From Octopus vulgaris (taxonomy: Eukaryota): a stretch of DNA of 64,000 nucleotides. The DNA lies in the NCBI GenBank assembly GCA_951406725.2, contig OX597823.1, forward strand, positions 83,266,001 through 83,330,000. The letters are read 5' to 3'. Positions 12,741 to 26,922 of this stretch are shown here, one piece after another; the stretch's first letter is position 1; every line of letters begins with the position of its first letter. Both the position numbers and the translations under genes were made by a program. The notes under the pieces are model-generated. The model was not told where the DNA came from, ran no database searches, and was given only the letters and a program-made list of their open reading frames with translations.

Positions 12741-13278
12741 ATATCCCTTCATCGGAGACGATGTGAGAGAATGGTTGAGCAATAATTAATTTAGATAAGA
12801 TACGAAATAGAGAGTGAAGTGGAGGAATGAAAATAGATGTGAGATATGCAGGGATATTGCATTTGTAGATCCATTATTTAGGCAGATTGGTATACATATA
12901 AGATTCCAATACCTTGTGAGTAAAATCCAATAGTATCTAAAATTGGTCATTCCAAGTATAGAATTTGTATATTGAATCAAGGGTTTTATTTAAAGTGTCC
13001 TAAAAGTAAGGAATGTATTTGTAGGTCAAATCGAAAACAAGAAGAGAGGAATAAAGAAAAGAGAACAAAAGAAAAAAAGAGAACAAAAAAGAGAAAAAGA
13101 AAAAACAAGAAGAGAGGAACAAAGAAAAGAAAGGAAAAAAGAAAACAAGGAGAGAGATAATAAGGGAAAGTGTACCAGTTAGTGGTCAGTCAAGATAATT
13201 TGAAAGTAGGAATGGGGAGATGAGAGTGATAGAGAGAGAAATGTATTAGAGTCTAAAAAGATAGAAGGAATGATGGTC

Positions 13279-13317
<39 letters not shown>

Positions 13318-13481
13318 ATACAGTAAACTAGTGTCAGTTAAGTAGTGATAGAGTCTAAGTGAGAGGGATAGTAGTATAGAATGAAGAATTTAGGAATATA
13401 GATTAGGTGGTGGGACAGGTCAATGCTTAGTAGTAGAAGAAAATATATATGTGGAGATGTATGCACATGTATTTATTAGAC

Positions 13482-13537
<56 letters not shown>

Positions 13538-14877
13538 CATGTCTAATAAATTTTTATACATGTCAATATCTACATATACAACTCGTACTCATATGTATAT
13601 GTACACCTGCACATCCCTATATACGTGTATCGCCCCTGCACACGCAGGTATATATTCCTTGCATACATACATTCAGTCTAGTATACATAGAGTCTAGTAT
13701 TTTAAAGAAAGATTTAGCTAAGTTCTTACCCAGCATAACCTGACAAATTTGGGTCTTACTGACAGCATTACATACATACATAACCGCATACACACACACA
13801 TACATATACACGCACATATGCCTGCACGCATATACACACGAATATAATTAGATGGTTGTGATATTCAAGTATGAGGGAGGAATTAGATAGGGATTAAGAG
13901 TTAAAATATAGATTTATAAAGTTATTGGGATTACTTAAGGGTATTGTGGAAATATACTGTATGGTCGTTTAGGCATTTGGATTTGTGGTAGAATTTGAAT
14001 GTGTGAAAAAAGCGGTGGTTGCATGTGTTTAGTGCCTCATTATGTTTATTTAGCAGTGCTGGAGAGTTCTGCTTTAATATGTGAAGTGCCCTTAGTCCAG
14101 TATGGACCATTATAGAGTATAGGGTATATTTGTATTTTTGAGATGATGTATGTGGTTGGCGAGTGTTGTAGATTTACTATGTTTATCGTATCTAAAAGAA
14201 TGTAGGTTAGTGGCATATCGTTGCTTAAAATAATTGGTTGATTCTATGTATGTGGCTGTAGAGTTGTGTAATAGATTAAGGACAGTGCCTTTGTAAATTA
14301 CATTATAACTTCTGGGTTTGTAACGGGAAAATGGTTCCAGGACGGCAATTATAATTAGATGAATTTTGGGAACTGTGTTCAGAAATAGAGGAGGTAATAT
14401 CGTCAGAGGAGAGGTTAAAGAAGGGGGTAGAAATTCTATATTATTAGTACTATTAACGTTATCATTACTATCATTGCTATTATTACTATTGAAGTTATTA
14501 ATTGTACTATTTGTAAGGATGGTAGAGATTGTGATGGTGTTCCGGGCAGTGTCAGTAGGATGGGTTGGGTTGTGGCTGTGGTCTAATGTAAGGGTATCTG
14601 TGCTTGAGCTGTATGTGTGTTGGGTGATCGTATGACTAGAGTTATGTGAGTTTTGATAGTAAAGAGAAAGCTTTTGCTTATTAGAGGCTGCTACAATAGA
14701 TTCTAAGTTGGGTGAGGTAGAATAAGATAGTTTCAGGGTGGATCTATTAAAGATAGAATGATATTTATGTTGCCGAGGGAAGTTAGAGTCTAGTATTTTA
14801 AAGAAGGATTTAGCCAAGTTCTTACCCAGCATAACCTGACACCTTTGGGTCTTACTGATACCTTTACCTCTCATAAC

Positions 14878-14878
<1 letters not shown>
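12741..14878 (-). mobile_element. 5'-truncated Penelope-like retroelement (RT tail, GIY-YIG, long 3' UTR, partial HHR core at about 12741-12764)
   Basis: See ORF 14110-14961; downstream frame reads LHILKQNSPALLNKHNEALNTCNH; 5' end abuts (TA)n. Confidence 0.75.
14000..14870 (-). pseudogene. PLE polyprotein C-terminus (RT thumb/linker plus GIY-YIG endonuclease), disrupted
   Basis: NLAKSFFKILDSNFPRQHKYHSIFNRSTLKLSYSTSPNLESIV; VIYKGTV..TYIESTNYFKQRY..HSFR..STTLANHIHHLK; stops and frameshifts. Confidence 0.85.
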
Positions 14879-14936
<58 letters not shown>

Positions 14937-15762
14937 TTTTCATATATATAATGGAAACCAAACACGCAAATCATTGGAAAACTGAGGAAGCAAAATAGCC
15001 AAACTTTGAATTAAATCTACATACATTCAGGTCATATACCTTACAACTGATGGCCAACTGAATTTAAAGCTTAAGAAATTCAAATCTATTTCCAAACATT
15101 GGCGAATTCGGTGAGTAAAATAGAAATATACAGCTATCTGTTGAATTACTTTGACTGAAATGATATATAAAATTTTATCTTCGTATATTTTTAAAGGAAT
15201 ACCAATAGTTTAAAGTGATATAAAGTTAAAAGACTTCCTGAAAGTCTCTTGGTCATGTGAAACTTTGCATTTTAGAGTAAAGTAATTAAGTCTTAGCACG
15301 AAATATCATAATGTTGTAGATAAGGCACGCGACCGACTTAAAAGCCGAAGACCCCTGCTATAGATACATCAGAAAACGGCATTGATTAATGTACCTGACA
15401 AAAGGCGAGAGTTGTTTAATTTTTATGTTTTTCTTTTTGTTCGCCTTTTTTTCTTCTCTCCTGCCTAAAAATAAATTAAGGTTATTTATCAATATTTTTA
15501 TTATCTATGATATATTTTTCCTTAGCAAGAAATGAAATTAAAATGTAAATCACTGGCACATCCACATACACTCATATGTATATAGACACATACTCATTTA
15601 TGAGTTCTTTGATCGGTGGAAATTATATGCATAAATATATATATGGATATATGTCTGTGTGTGTATACATATATATGTATATATCAAGGCAGCCAGCTGG
15701 AAGAATCATATACATAATTGTGTTCTTGAGCAAAACAACTATATCTCACGTTGCGATCACTC

Positions 15763-15845
<83 letters not shown>

Positions 15846-15892
15846 TGAATGAAAGAATGGAGTCGAACGAAGATGTTAACAAAATTCCTTTA

Positions 15893-15974
15893 CTCTCGAC
15901 ATATGTTTCGAAGACAGCATATTTTTATTCCGAAGGAATAAAGGGTGCATTATGCAATCTTCTCATCAGGAAAG
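15893..15974 (-). ncRNA. Type-I hammerhead with canonical core and long stem II
   Basis: ctttc-CTGATGA-gaaga..tttattcc ttc ggaataaa..tcttc-GAAA-catatg-TC-gagag; palindromic ACATATGT stem III. Confidence 0.85.
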
Positions 15975-16774
15975 ATAAGGAGCCTCTCTCAACCACAAGA
16001 CGAACAAAAATTTCGATGATTGCCTACATGGTGATCACAGCGATAATGAGTGTTTTTTTAAAAATCCGTTATAAGCATTGAAGTCAAAAATGGGTAGAAG
16101 GAGGAAGTAAAAATAGGTAGGGGACAGTATGTTTGCTGTATGTATGGAGATGTGCAGGTGTACGCTTGTGTTAATGAGTGCGAGTGTTTGTGTGTGTGTA
16201 CATGTGTGTGTATATAACTGCATTTGTGTCTGTATGTGTGATTGTGTGTGTGAGAGAGAGACATACGTCAAATATACGTAGTAGTAAGGGGAAAATTTGT
16301 GTCTGTGTGTTTGATTTTGTGTGTGTGAGAGAGAGAGAGAGAGAAGCATACGTCAAAGATATGTAGCAGCAATGGAATATATAAAGGAGTAATAGTTAGG
16401 GAAGAGGAAGTGAACATTGATTGAAAGAATGTTAGGAGGCGTAGGAAAGAATTTGTCTATGGCAGTGGTGTGGACGTGAAGCTAATTGTTAAAACTACAG
16501 TGGCTATCTTTATCATTTATATTAGTGGAAAGTGTGTTTCTGCCAATGCTTACATTTGTACGATTTTTCTATGAGTGTGTTTACAAGGGGAACCTTAGCG
16601 AAAAGAATATGGAAGAGCTCAGAGTTACAAATGTTGCAAAATTTTCTGCCCTTATCAAAAGGAAAGGATACAGACAATATGAACCAATCCAACTTGAAAG
16701 TTATATTGTTGTCTTTATATTGTAGGCAATCATCGAAATTTTTGTTCGTCTTGTGGTTGAGAGAGGTTCCTTAT

Positions 16775-16856
16775 CTTTGTTGATGAGAAGATTGCATAAT
16801 GCACCCTTTATTCCTTCGGAATAAAAATATGCTGTCTTCGAAACATATGTCGAGAG
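16775..16856 (+). ncRNA. Inverted copy of the same hammerhead with C3U mutation, likely impaired
   Basis: ctttg-TTGATGA-gaaga...GAAACATATGTC-gagag. Confidence 0.65.
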
Positions 16857-17060
16857 TAAAGGAATTTTGTTAACATCTTCGTTCGACTCCATTCTTTCAT
16901 TCATTCATATACAACACACAAATTTCTACACAAGAACCCGGAGTTTCTACCCTTGACAGGTCGCTTCAACCGTGTTTTCTGACGTGAATTTGCTACCCAG
17001 GTTTCGGTTAAACGAATTTTCCGTGCTGACGATAAACATAGGATAATTCATTCACCTACT

Positions 17061-17135
<75 letters not shown>

Positions 17136-17336
17136 AGACAGCGAGCTGTCAGAATTTTATATATAAAGGCAGCGAGCTGGCATAATCATATACACATACA
17201 TACAGGTGAGTGTAGAGCAACGTGAGATGAAGTGACTTGCTCAAGGACACGATGCGCTGCTCAGTTTAGAAATAGAAATCGCAATCGCTAGATCGTAAGC
17301 GCAAAGCCTTAACCACCAAACCATGCGGTCTCAAGC

Positions 17337-17405
<69 letters not shown>

Positions 17406-17789
17406 GTCCAAAATATTCTGTTTTATGCTCAAACTGGTGAGTTCTGGCCTCTCATAGCAACCCTACAACATTCTAAAACTTAAGTTTCCAGCATCAAAAT
17501 CTTAAAGCTACATGAAAATGCATGATTAATTCAAAACCATGTGAATAAATGTTACTTTTGACAAAATAATGTGAATGATAAAGGGTTAGTTAACCCATTG
17601 CCTGGTTTAACACTATCACCTGGCACCTCAGGTGCTTTTAGCAGTGCCCACACTTTTGCATGCATTGAGGCCATGTCTGGTTTCCTCACTGCATTCTTGG
17701 TGGTCCCTTAAAGCGTCATGGGCACTGTCTTTCCTCCTAACTAAAAGATGACCAAAAAAAATGTTTACTGAAACACTATATATATATAA

Positions 17790-17881
17790 TATAGCATAGC
17801 TCGGTCGGTAGAGCATCAGACTTTTATAGGTCAACCTTAGAAGTAATCTGAGGGTCGCGGGTTCGAGTCCCTCTGCGGGCA
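17790..17881 (+). tRNA. tRNA-Lys(UUU) with 19-nt intron (17827-17845); 5' acceptor bases damaged, probable pseudogene
   Basis: gca-TAGCTCGGTCGGTAGAGC-A-TCAGA-CT-TTT-A[taggtcaaccttagaagta]A-TCTGA-GGGTC-GCGGGTTCGAGTCCCTC-TGCGGGC-A followed by TTTT; expected 5' GCCC is replaced by TATA. Confidence 0.85.
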
Positions 17882-17894
17882 TACGGTAATTTTA

Positions 17895-17985
17895 GGCGCA
17901 GCAGTGGCTGTGTGGTAAGTAGCTTGCTTACCAACCACATGGTTCCGGGTTCAGTCCCACTGCGTGGCATCTTGGGCAAGTGTAT
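17895..17985 (+). mobile_element. SINE family B head
   Basis: ggcgcagcagtggctgtgtggtaagtagcttgcttaccaaccacatggttccgggttcagtccc. Confidence 0.8.
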
Positions 17986-18065
17986 TCTGCTATATCTATC
18001 TATATATATAGATATATATATATATATATGTATATACATATATATATATATATATCTGTGCATGA

Positions 18066-19151
<1,086 letters not shown>

Positions 19152-19759
19152 ATATATTATAAATAATTAAGATCATTTATGAATATATCATTCCCTACAT
19201 GTTAGAAATAGCAGTCAAAACCGCCATAAAACCATTATATCACTTATATTATTTCATCTCACAATAGAAACTGTCATCGAGTGACATGGCAAATAGAATC
19301 CACAACTTCAAAGTAACTTGTTAATTCCCTATTGCATTTTTGGCATTAGGGACCTCTTAAGGGACCCATTCGCCTCGTCGGTGGAAATATTTCCATTAGG
19401 AATATTTCCCCTTAGGAATATTTCCCCTGTCGCCCGAAAACAGTTTTATTGTGACGAGAAATAATATGAGTGATATAATGTGTGTGTGTATGTTTGTATT
19501 ATGTATGTGCATATGTGCGTGAATGCGTGTTTATGTGTGGATATGTGCGTGTGTACGTATTTGTTTTTATGTTTGTAAGAGTATCTTTTCCTGAGTATGC
19601 GCTCGAGTGAGTATGAGGGCGCGTTTGGTGCATCGGCGTTACTGTTCGATATATTCTAGATTGCCGCTGCTAGATTTGAGAATTAGGAAATATATTTAAA
19701 TCTATGATAATAGTTCTTATAAAGAGAAAGAGAGAGAGGGGGGAAGACAGACAGACACT

Positions 19760-20110
<351 letters not shown>

Positions 20111-21961
20111 TGGATAGATAGGTTGGTAGGTAGGTAGGTAGACATGTATGCATGTGTATGTATATATGTATATATTTGTGTGTATGTGTGTATATTCATG
20201 CACGTATGTATGTATGTATGTATGTATGTATGTATGTATGTATGTATATGAATGAAAGATACATAAGCATATATTCTGCGTAGATATTTTGGTGATGGAG
20301 GGTGAAGAGTTGTTGTATGTGTAAAATATTTGATGTCTTACGTGCGTGCTTTCTTATGACCCTCCGCGTCTTTCGTGTAAGTAACGATATATGCTAATAT
20401 AAAAGACAGCTTTCTTCCACGCATACCGTAATATATCATGTTGAGACAATCGATTTCTATAAACCCTCTGGAATTATAAAATTGGATAAAGCAACTAAAC
20501 CCTCAATTTGTATCTTTCATTTATTACCATGAAATCCCTTTGAAAGTTATCTTTAATATACATTTCTTGTTTGTAATTGGTAGCAGTTGTCGTTACACGC
20601 AATTTGTATCCCAAATCTCGTGATATAGAAAATTAAATTTTTTTTTTTAATAATTATGAATTTTATTTATTTCGATATACATTAATCATCATACTAAATG
20701 TTTGGCTATATCATTCCACTTGTTAACCATTTGCTATGTTCTGAGTTACCTGTTCAAAGAGCAATCACAGACCACTAAGAATAATAATGTGCTGGAGTTA
20801 AGAAGAACAATGAATCCATTAGAATATATTTTATGACGAAGCAAAATGTTGCTGTCATGACAACCAGCGTTTATTTCTTCTTAAGGAGTAAATTTGAATG
20901 CCGAACCAGCGGATTGGAATTACAATTAAATGAAATCATTAATCAGTTTAGATGCACAAGACTCCGATATATAAATGACTAAAAGATGTCAGCAGAAGGG
21001 CACCCAGGAGTCGTGACCTGGATACTGCCTAGCCCTCTTAAAGTGTAAGAGGTTAAAGGCTGGAATACTTCTCTGAAGATCCTCTGCTCTCTGAAGAGTT
21101 TTATTACTATTCTGTTAGACTCATTGTCTTTAATAAAACATAGAAGCTTATCCTGTGAGAGTATGTGAGTATGTATGCATGTAATTTGTGTGTGAGAGAG
21201 TACTATTTCGAATGAGTTTTCTCAAACATAACCACTGGCCTCAACAGTGAGATTAAACGAACGATATAAAGGTTTCAAATTTTGACCCAAGGCAATCAAG
21301 ATTTTGGAGAGGAGTAACTCAACTGTATCGATCCGATTCCTAACATAGTACATATTTTATCGACCCCTAATGGATGGAAGGCAAAGTCGGCCTTGGTTGT
21401 ATTTAAACAGAGGACACAAACCCAGAAGAAATGCTACTAAGCATTTTTCCCGATGCGATAACGATTCTGTCAGCTCGCCGCCATATACCATCGATATAAA
21501 ATAAATGGCCGACACGCTACAAACTGCAATAAATCAAGGAGATCAAACATAGCGACATGACCGTTTGGGGAACAACATCGATAATGTTGTACAAGAAGCA
21601 GGAATTTTCTACCGCTGTCGAACAATGACTCTTAATCGATCATTCACAAATGAGACCAGTAGATGTCTCGTTTCTGACCTTTAGCGAATAATGATGCATC
21701 AGTTAAGAAGATAACAGCAAACGTATTGAAACTTTTGTGAAGGATGAACGAAACTGTTAAAATTATTGGAAATATATTATTAGACGATAGCGAAATACAA
21801 GAAGGATATTGAGGATAACCGGTTGGAGTTTGTTCCATTTGAAATAGATTTGACCAGAAGATTCTGCTCCTGAAACATTACTCTTCATCTGGAAGATATG
21901 GAGACCTGTATGGGCGTAGTAACCAGTCAGCTATTATATGTTTTTTTTGTATGTTTTGAAA

Positions 21962-22330
21962 TGCTTGCTTGTTTGCTTCATACTCTTGCTTGATGAGGTT
22001 GGAGTCATTCCAGGTTAATAGTCCCAGAGACCTCATCAAGCGTATGAACCAGGTCCACCAGTGTTCTCTATTCCTGGCGGTCCCGTGTCGACCCCTTTGC
22101 ATCCTTCAAGGTGACATTGCGCCTCTGGAGGTCTTTCCCAACCACATCTAGCCATCTGGTTTGGACCTACCATGAGGCTTCTTCCAACCTGCAGTTGCTG
22201 CGTCGAATAAGAGTAAAGCCCTGATAGGAGGATGATCTAGTGGAAAACTGAGGACATGTCTGTAACAGTGCAGTCAGTCAAATAGTTTTAAGTCTTCAAC
22301 TGGGAGCCGAAGACAATAATAGTCTCATAC
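21962..22330 (-). mobile_element. RTE-clade LINE 3' fragment
   Basis: WKKPHGR..RWLDVVGKDLQRRNVTLKDAKGSTRDRQE*RTLVDLV followed by a short (caag)n-like tail. Confidence 0.65.
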
Positions 22331-23649
22331 CACGGATACGTGAGGCTTGTTGCCCAAACTTTTATAGAAGAATACAGATAAGCGCGGAGAAAAGAAAAAT
22401 GAATAATTCACTTTCTTGTAATGGGAAACTTAATCCTCTTAATATCATCACGACCGTCACCTAACACTTGAGTAGCTTTGATGGAGTTCGTTATTTCAAG
22501 CGTATGAACCAGGCTCCTGTGCTGGGGGTTTTCCATCACTTCACTAATCTACGTGACTTCAAAATGGTATGAATGCTGCATTCCTTCCTCCTGAGTAGAC
22601 CTATGATTAATGGTCTGCTCATGACCGTTTTGATGTTGTTAAAAATATATCATAGGAAATCTTTTATTAATTTATGTAAGCAATTATACGCACTTAACAC
22701 TCCACTTGTGTTGACGAGACGTATGAAGTTTTAAAGAAAATGTTTAGTGATTGATTGCAGGCACCTTACTATCTTATTATCAAATTAATATTTAAAATAT
22801 TCAAATTAAGTAAATAGTCAAGCGTATCATCCTGACATCTACATCAATAATCGGCATTGATATCGGTTTTCTCACGGTTTAGTTTATCGATATTTCTTTA
22901 GCGTTTAAAAGTGGCCATAACGTTTATAAATATCCTTTTGATTAAATATTCTGCAGCCATTATTCTGACCTCCAATTCATTAGTTCTTAAATCAATTAGA
23001 ATATATCAACGTATGCTGATTAAATGTATCTATATAAATCTTCGAGATTTATTTAAATAAAGTGATAAGTGGAAATATTTATTTTTTATATATAATAATT
23101 AGTATTTGATCAGTATATTCTTTCTCCAAAGCTATTTGATATTATTTCGTTGCCCTGAAGCTGTCATTATACAAATACATGTCATCCAAGTACAAATATG
23201 CTTAGTGCAGTGAGCAAAAATAAATAAACTATTTAATCAAGATTGAACATAGAGTAAAGAAACGAAAATATTAATCTGCTTAAATGTGTTCAAGTCGAGT
23301 AGGGACAACAACTTATAAATCTCAGTTAATAGCACGTCAGAAAAACTGCTTAGCAACATTTCATCCAGTATTTTACATTCTTAGTTCAAACACCACTGAG
23401 ATCAACTTTGCCCTTCATCCTTTCGGGGGTTCGATAAAATAAGTACCAGTCGAGCACAGGGATTGATATAATCGACTTAACCCCTCCACTAAAATAACTG
23501 GTTTTTTGTGCCAAAATTTGAAACAATCAACTTTAAAATTACGCATACGGTGGAGTGAAAGAAACTACTTGCGCCTTGGCTAATATTAATTTAATCTGAT
23601 CAGTATGTTAGTACTAACTTGTTCTATACTGATGGCGTGGGTAATTTTG

Positions 23650-24385
23650 GATGCTCTTTTGGCGTGTGATCTGCAGAGGAGATTACTTTAGGTTACTCTT
23701 TTCTAAAAACCTGTAAGATGTTGGCTAAAGACTGTTACAATGTGAACAGCAACGAGACGAAGACAGTTGCATTTTTATAAGAAACCAGCACTAAATTCAC
23801 ATAATTTCCTAAGGAAAGAAACGTGTCACTTTGCCGTGTGAGCTACAATTTAAAGGGAGATTACTTAGGTTACTTTTCAGTTGACTTTTCAATTTCTAAG
23901 AACCCATAAGATTACTTTGAAATTTCTCAATAGTTTGGTTCGCCCGTTTACGAGCCACGTCTCATGTGACCCGCTTCTCGAATAAAGATTGTTACAATGG
24001 GAACAGCAACGAGACGAAGGCAATTTCCCTTTTACAGGAAATCAGAAGGCAGTTGCATTTTTACAAGAAACCAGTATTAAATTCACATAATTTCCTAAGA
24101 AAAGAAACGTGTCACTTTGCCATGTGAGCTACAATTTAAAGGGAGATTACTTTAGGTTACTTTTTAGTTTACTTTGTGTTAGTGCTAATTTCCGTGGGAT
24201 CTACGTGAGCAAATTTACTTTGATGGGTGATCTACGCGCTTATTTTAATCATTATATGGTTTTCTTAATATCAAAATAGTAAGAATTTTGAAAAAAATTA
24301 AATTTACAATGCTAAGTATGTACAAAATAATTTTAAAAGTAACCTAAAGTAATTTCCTTCGTAGATCACACGCCAAACAAGCACC
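23650..24385. mobile_element. MITE-like element with about 40-bp TIRs and an internal 150-bp direct duplication
   Basis: ggcgtgtgatctgcagaggagattactttaggttact ... agtaacctaaagtaatttccttcgtagatcacacgcc. Confidence 0.7.
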
Positions 24386-24835
24386 TAATTTCGTTTGATG
24401 TTCTCTCTGGGCGAGTTGGCAGAAACGTTAGCACGCCGGGCGAAATGCTTAGCGATATTTCGACTGTCTTTACGTTCTGAGATCAAATTCCGCCGAAGTC
24501 GACTTTGCATTTCATCCTTTCGGGGTCGATAAATCAAGTACCTTGTGCCTAGAGCAGAAGAGAATATTCTTTCTAGGGGAATTTTCATCTAGATCATTTT
24601 TTTTAATGTTCCTTGAAAGTAATACAGTTATTAAATAATGTAAGATATGTATCAAGCGTGCGTTATATATGCTAGGGAAAGAGCTTCAACGCGACGATTA
24701 CAGATGGATCTCAAGCTTGTTTTCTTTTTTTTTAATCGTAACAATTACTGAGCTTAGCTGGGTGATGCTCATCCTACTCCCTATCCTACGACACACAGTC
24801 TCCAACCCATAATACAGCCACATTAGATGCCGTAA

Positions 24836-25221
24836 TCTCTCTATATATAAAGCTGAAGTTGTCTGTGTATGGCAGGTTTGGTAGCCTTCAACTAACACTA
24901 TCTCCTCCGAGACCCTGCGGCGCACGTTGACCAAAATTGAGAGTATGATAGAAGAAGGCCTGCTCTTCCTTCCGTAGAAGAAAAAATTCAAATCGGACCA
25001 TGTTAACACCAAAAATTATTTACATCAAAAAGGTGCTTATTTTTCTATGAAAATCCCTATTTTTACGTTTTTTGACAGCTGTGTCACCATTTTTCGGTGT
25101 ATTTCAACCAGAAAAATCTTAAAGAGAATAACAAGCTACATAATGCAAAATGTTTACTTTTTAAAAGTTCCAATTCTAAAGGGTCGAAACAAACCCGAGC
25201 AACGCCGGGCGATACTGCTAG
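24836..25221 (+). mobile_element. Non-autonomous Helitron
   Basis: A|TCTCTCTATATATAAAG 5' end; subterminal hairpin cccgagcaacgccggg (25194-25209); CTAG|T 3' end. Confidence 0.8.
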
Positions 25222-25624
25222 TTTTTTGATATATTTAAAAACTTTTTAAAGCGCGTCTTACACACTGGTATATACAGTACTTCTCACTCTCTTTAAAAGT
25301 AACTAATCATTTAGTGTCACCTTATGATAAGTACGTCTAAATCATCGCTAGTTATATTGCCGTTGGGACCATATACCAACGAGGAACAAGTAGGCTTGAT
25401 AGTAAGCGGGAGTTTTTACAAGGCGGTTTAATTATAATCAACACTGACAAATCTAAATCGGACTCGATACTAGTTTAACATAGTACAGCCTAATCAATTG
25501 CATTATTTATGCTGCTATCGAATATGCTTCGTTCCGATAAAGCAAATATATCGATTAGATATTTCTGTCAGTGTAGCAAAAATTAATGTGTAATCAGATA
25601 TATTACTTGTTACTGATTCGTTGT

Positions 25625-26000
25625 GGAGGCGCAATGGCCCAGTGGTTAGGGCAGCGGACTCGCGGTCGTAGGATCGCGGTTTCGATTCCCAGACCGGGCG
25701 TTGTGAGTGTTTATTGAGCGAAAACACCTAAAGCTCCACGAGGCTCCGGCAGGAATGGTGGTGATCCCTGCTGTACTCTTTCACCACAACTTACTCTCAC
25801 TCTTACTTCCTGTTTCTGTTGCACCTGTATTTCAAAGGGCCGGCCTTGTCTCTCTCTGTGTCACGCTGAATATCCCCGTAAGGGTACACGTGATTGTGGA
25901 GTGCTCAGCCACTTACACGTTAATTTCACGAGCAGGCTGTTCCGTTGATCGGATCAACCGGAACCCTCGTCGTCGTCGTAACCGACGGAGTGCTTCCGTC
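25625..26000 (+). mobile_element. SINE family C, near full length
   Basis: ggaggcgcaatggcccagtggttagg..ggtttcgattccc; flanked by a repeated actgattcgttg, a possible TSD. Confidence 0.8.
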
Positions 26001-26168
26001 CACTGATTCGTTGCTGTTGTTCTTGTTGTTTATCTCCAAATCAGATCTATTATTAAAAAGCATTCCTGCTACGACCGTCCCACCTTTTCTGATAGTTTTT
26101 CAGTCTGAATATGTACTTCTTTTCTTAAGATGAAGTCGTGTAATTTTAGTAAGAGTATTCAAGTAGAT

Positions 26169-26405
26169 CAGACATGGGCAACCAACGGCCTGCAAAGACT
26201 TTCTGCATAACGTGTGGCTAAAAGTGTTGAGTATCGAATAAACAACTGCTTCGTTTGTTGTAGAGTTAGCTAAGTTAATTATCCAGGAAAAATCTGGATG
26301 CTTGTAGGATTATCTCGTGATGGAAATCGTCTCTTAAATGAACTCTGAAAACTGAGGATGAAGAATTACAAATACGATATAAAGCATAAAAAGATAATGT
26401 AATTG
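26169..26405 (+). mobile_element. hAT-like DNA transposon remnant (second copy inverted at about 38745-38935)
   Basis: Starts cagacatgggcaacc..cggcc; body matches 38745-38935 in reverse complement. Confidence 0.5.
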
Positions 26406-26409
26406 TGCT

Positions 26410-26532
26410 GCTTTGTGTAAGGTGCTGGTCATCAGCCAAAATTTCGGTCCCGTCTTCCGCGGTTGGATCGCTGCCTTATACGGCGACATCCGCTCGGTAG
26501 TAGTTCGCGTAAATGGTCATCTATCCAGACCT
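26410..26532 (+). mobile_element. L1/Tx1-like reverse transcriptase fragment
   Basis: NFGPVFRGWIAALYGDIRSVVVRVNGHLSRP. Confidence 0.6.
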
Positions 26533-26554
26533 AACGAAAAATTATTCTTTACTC

Positions 26555-26922
26555 TTTACTCTTTTACTCTTTTACTTCTTTTGACTGCGGCCATGCTGGA
26601 GCACCGCCTTTAGTCGAGCAAATCGACCCCAGGACTTATTCTTTGTGAGCCTAGTACTTATTAACCGCTATTTTACGGGGACGTAAACACACCAGCATCG
26701 GTTGTCAAGCGATGTTGGGGGGACAAACACATACATACACATATATATATACATATACATATATACGACGGGCTTCTTTCAGTTTATGTCTACCAAATCC
26801 ACTCACAAGTCCTTGATCGGCCCGAGGCTATAGTAGAAAACACTTGCCCAAGGTACCACGCAGTGGGACTGAACCCAGAACCATGTGGCTGGTAAGCAAA
26901 GTACTTGCCACACAGCCACTTC
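26555..26922 (-). mobile_element. SINE family B
   Basis: (ttttactc)n tail, body and head all present. Confidence 0.85.

Larger units (their letters stand above)
15839..17063 (-). mobile_element. Truncated PLE with inverted 190-bp terminal repeats (15839-16028 and 16721-16910), between two (TA)n tracts
   Basis: Minus-strand remnant at about 16525-16720: KDNNITFKLDWFILS/PFDKGRKFCNICNSELFHILF..LVN..KCKH, a typical GIY-YIG C-terminus. Confidence 0.85.

Noticed and set aside
25625-25700. tRNA gene suggested by A and B boxes (also other SINE heads)
   Set aside because: No complete cloverleaf; continues into a multi-copy SINE body.
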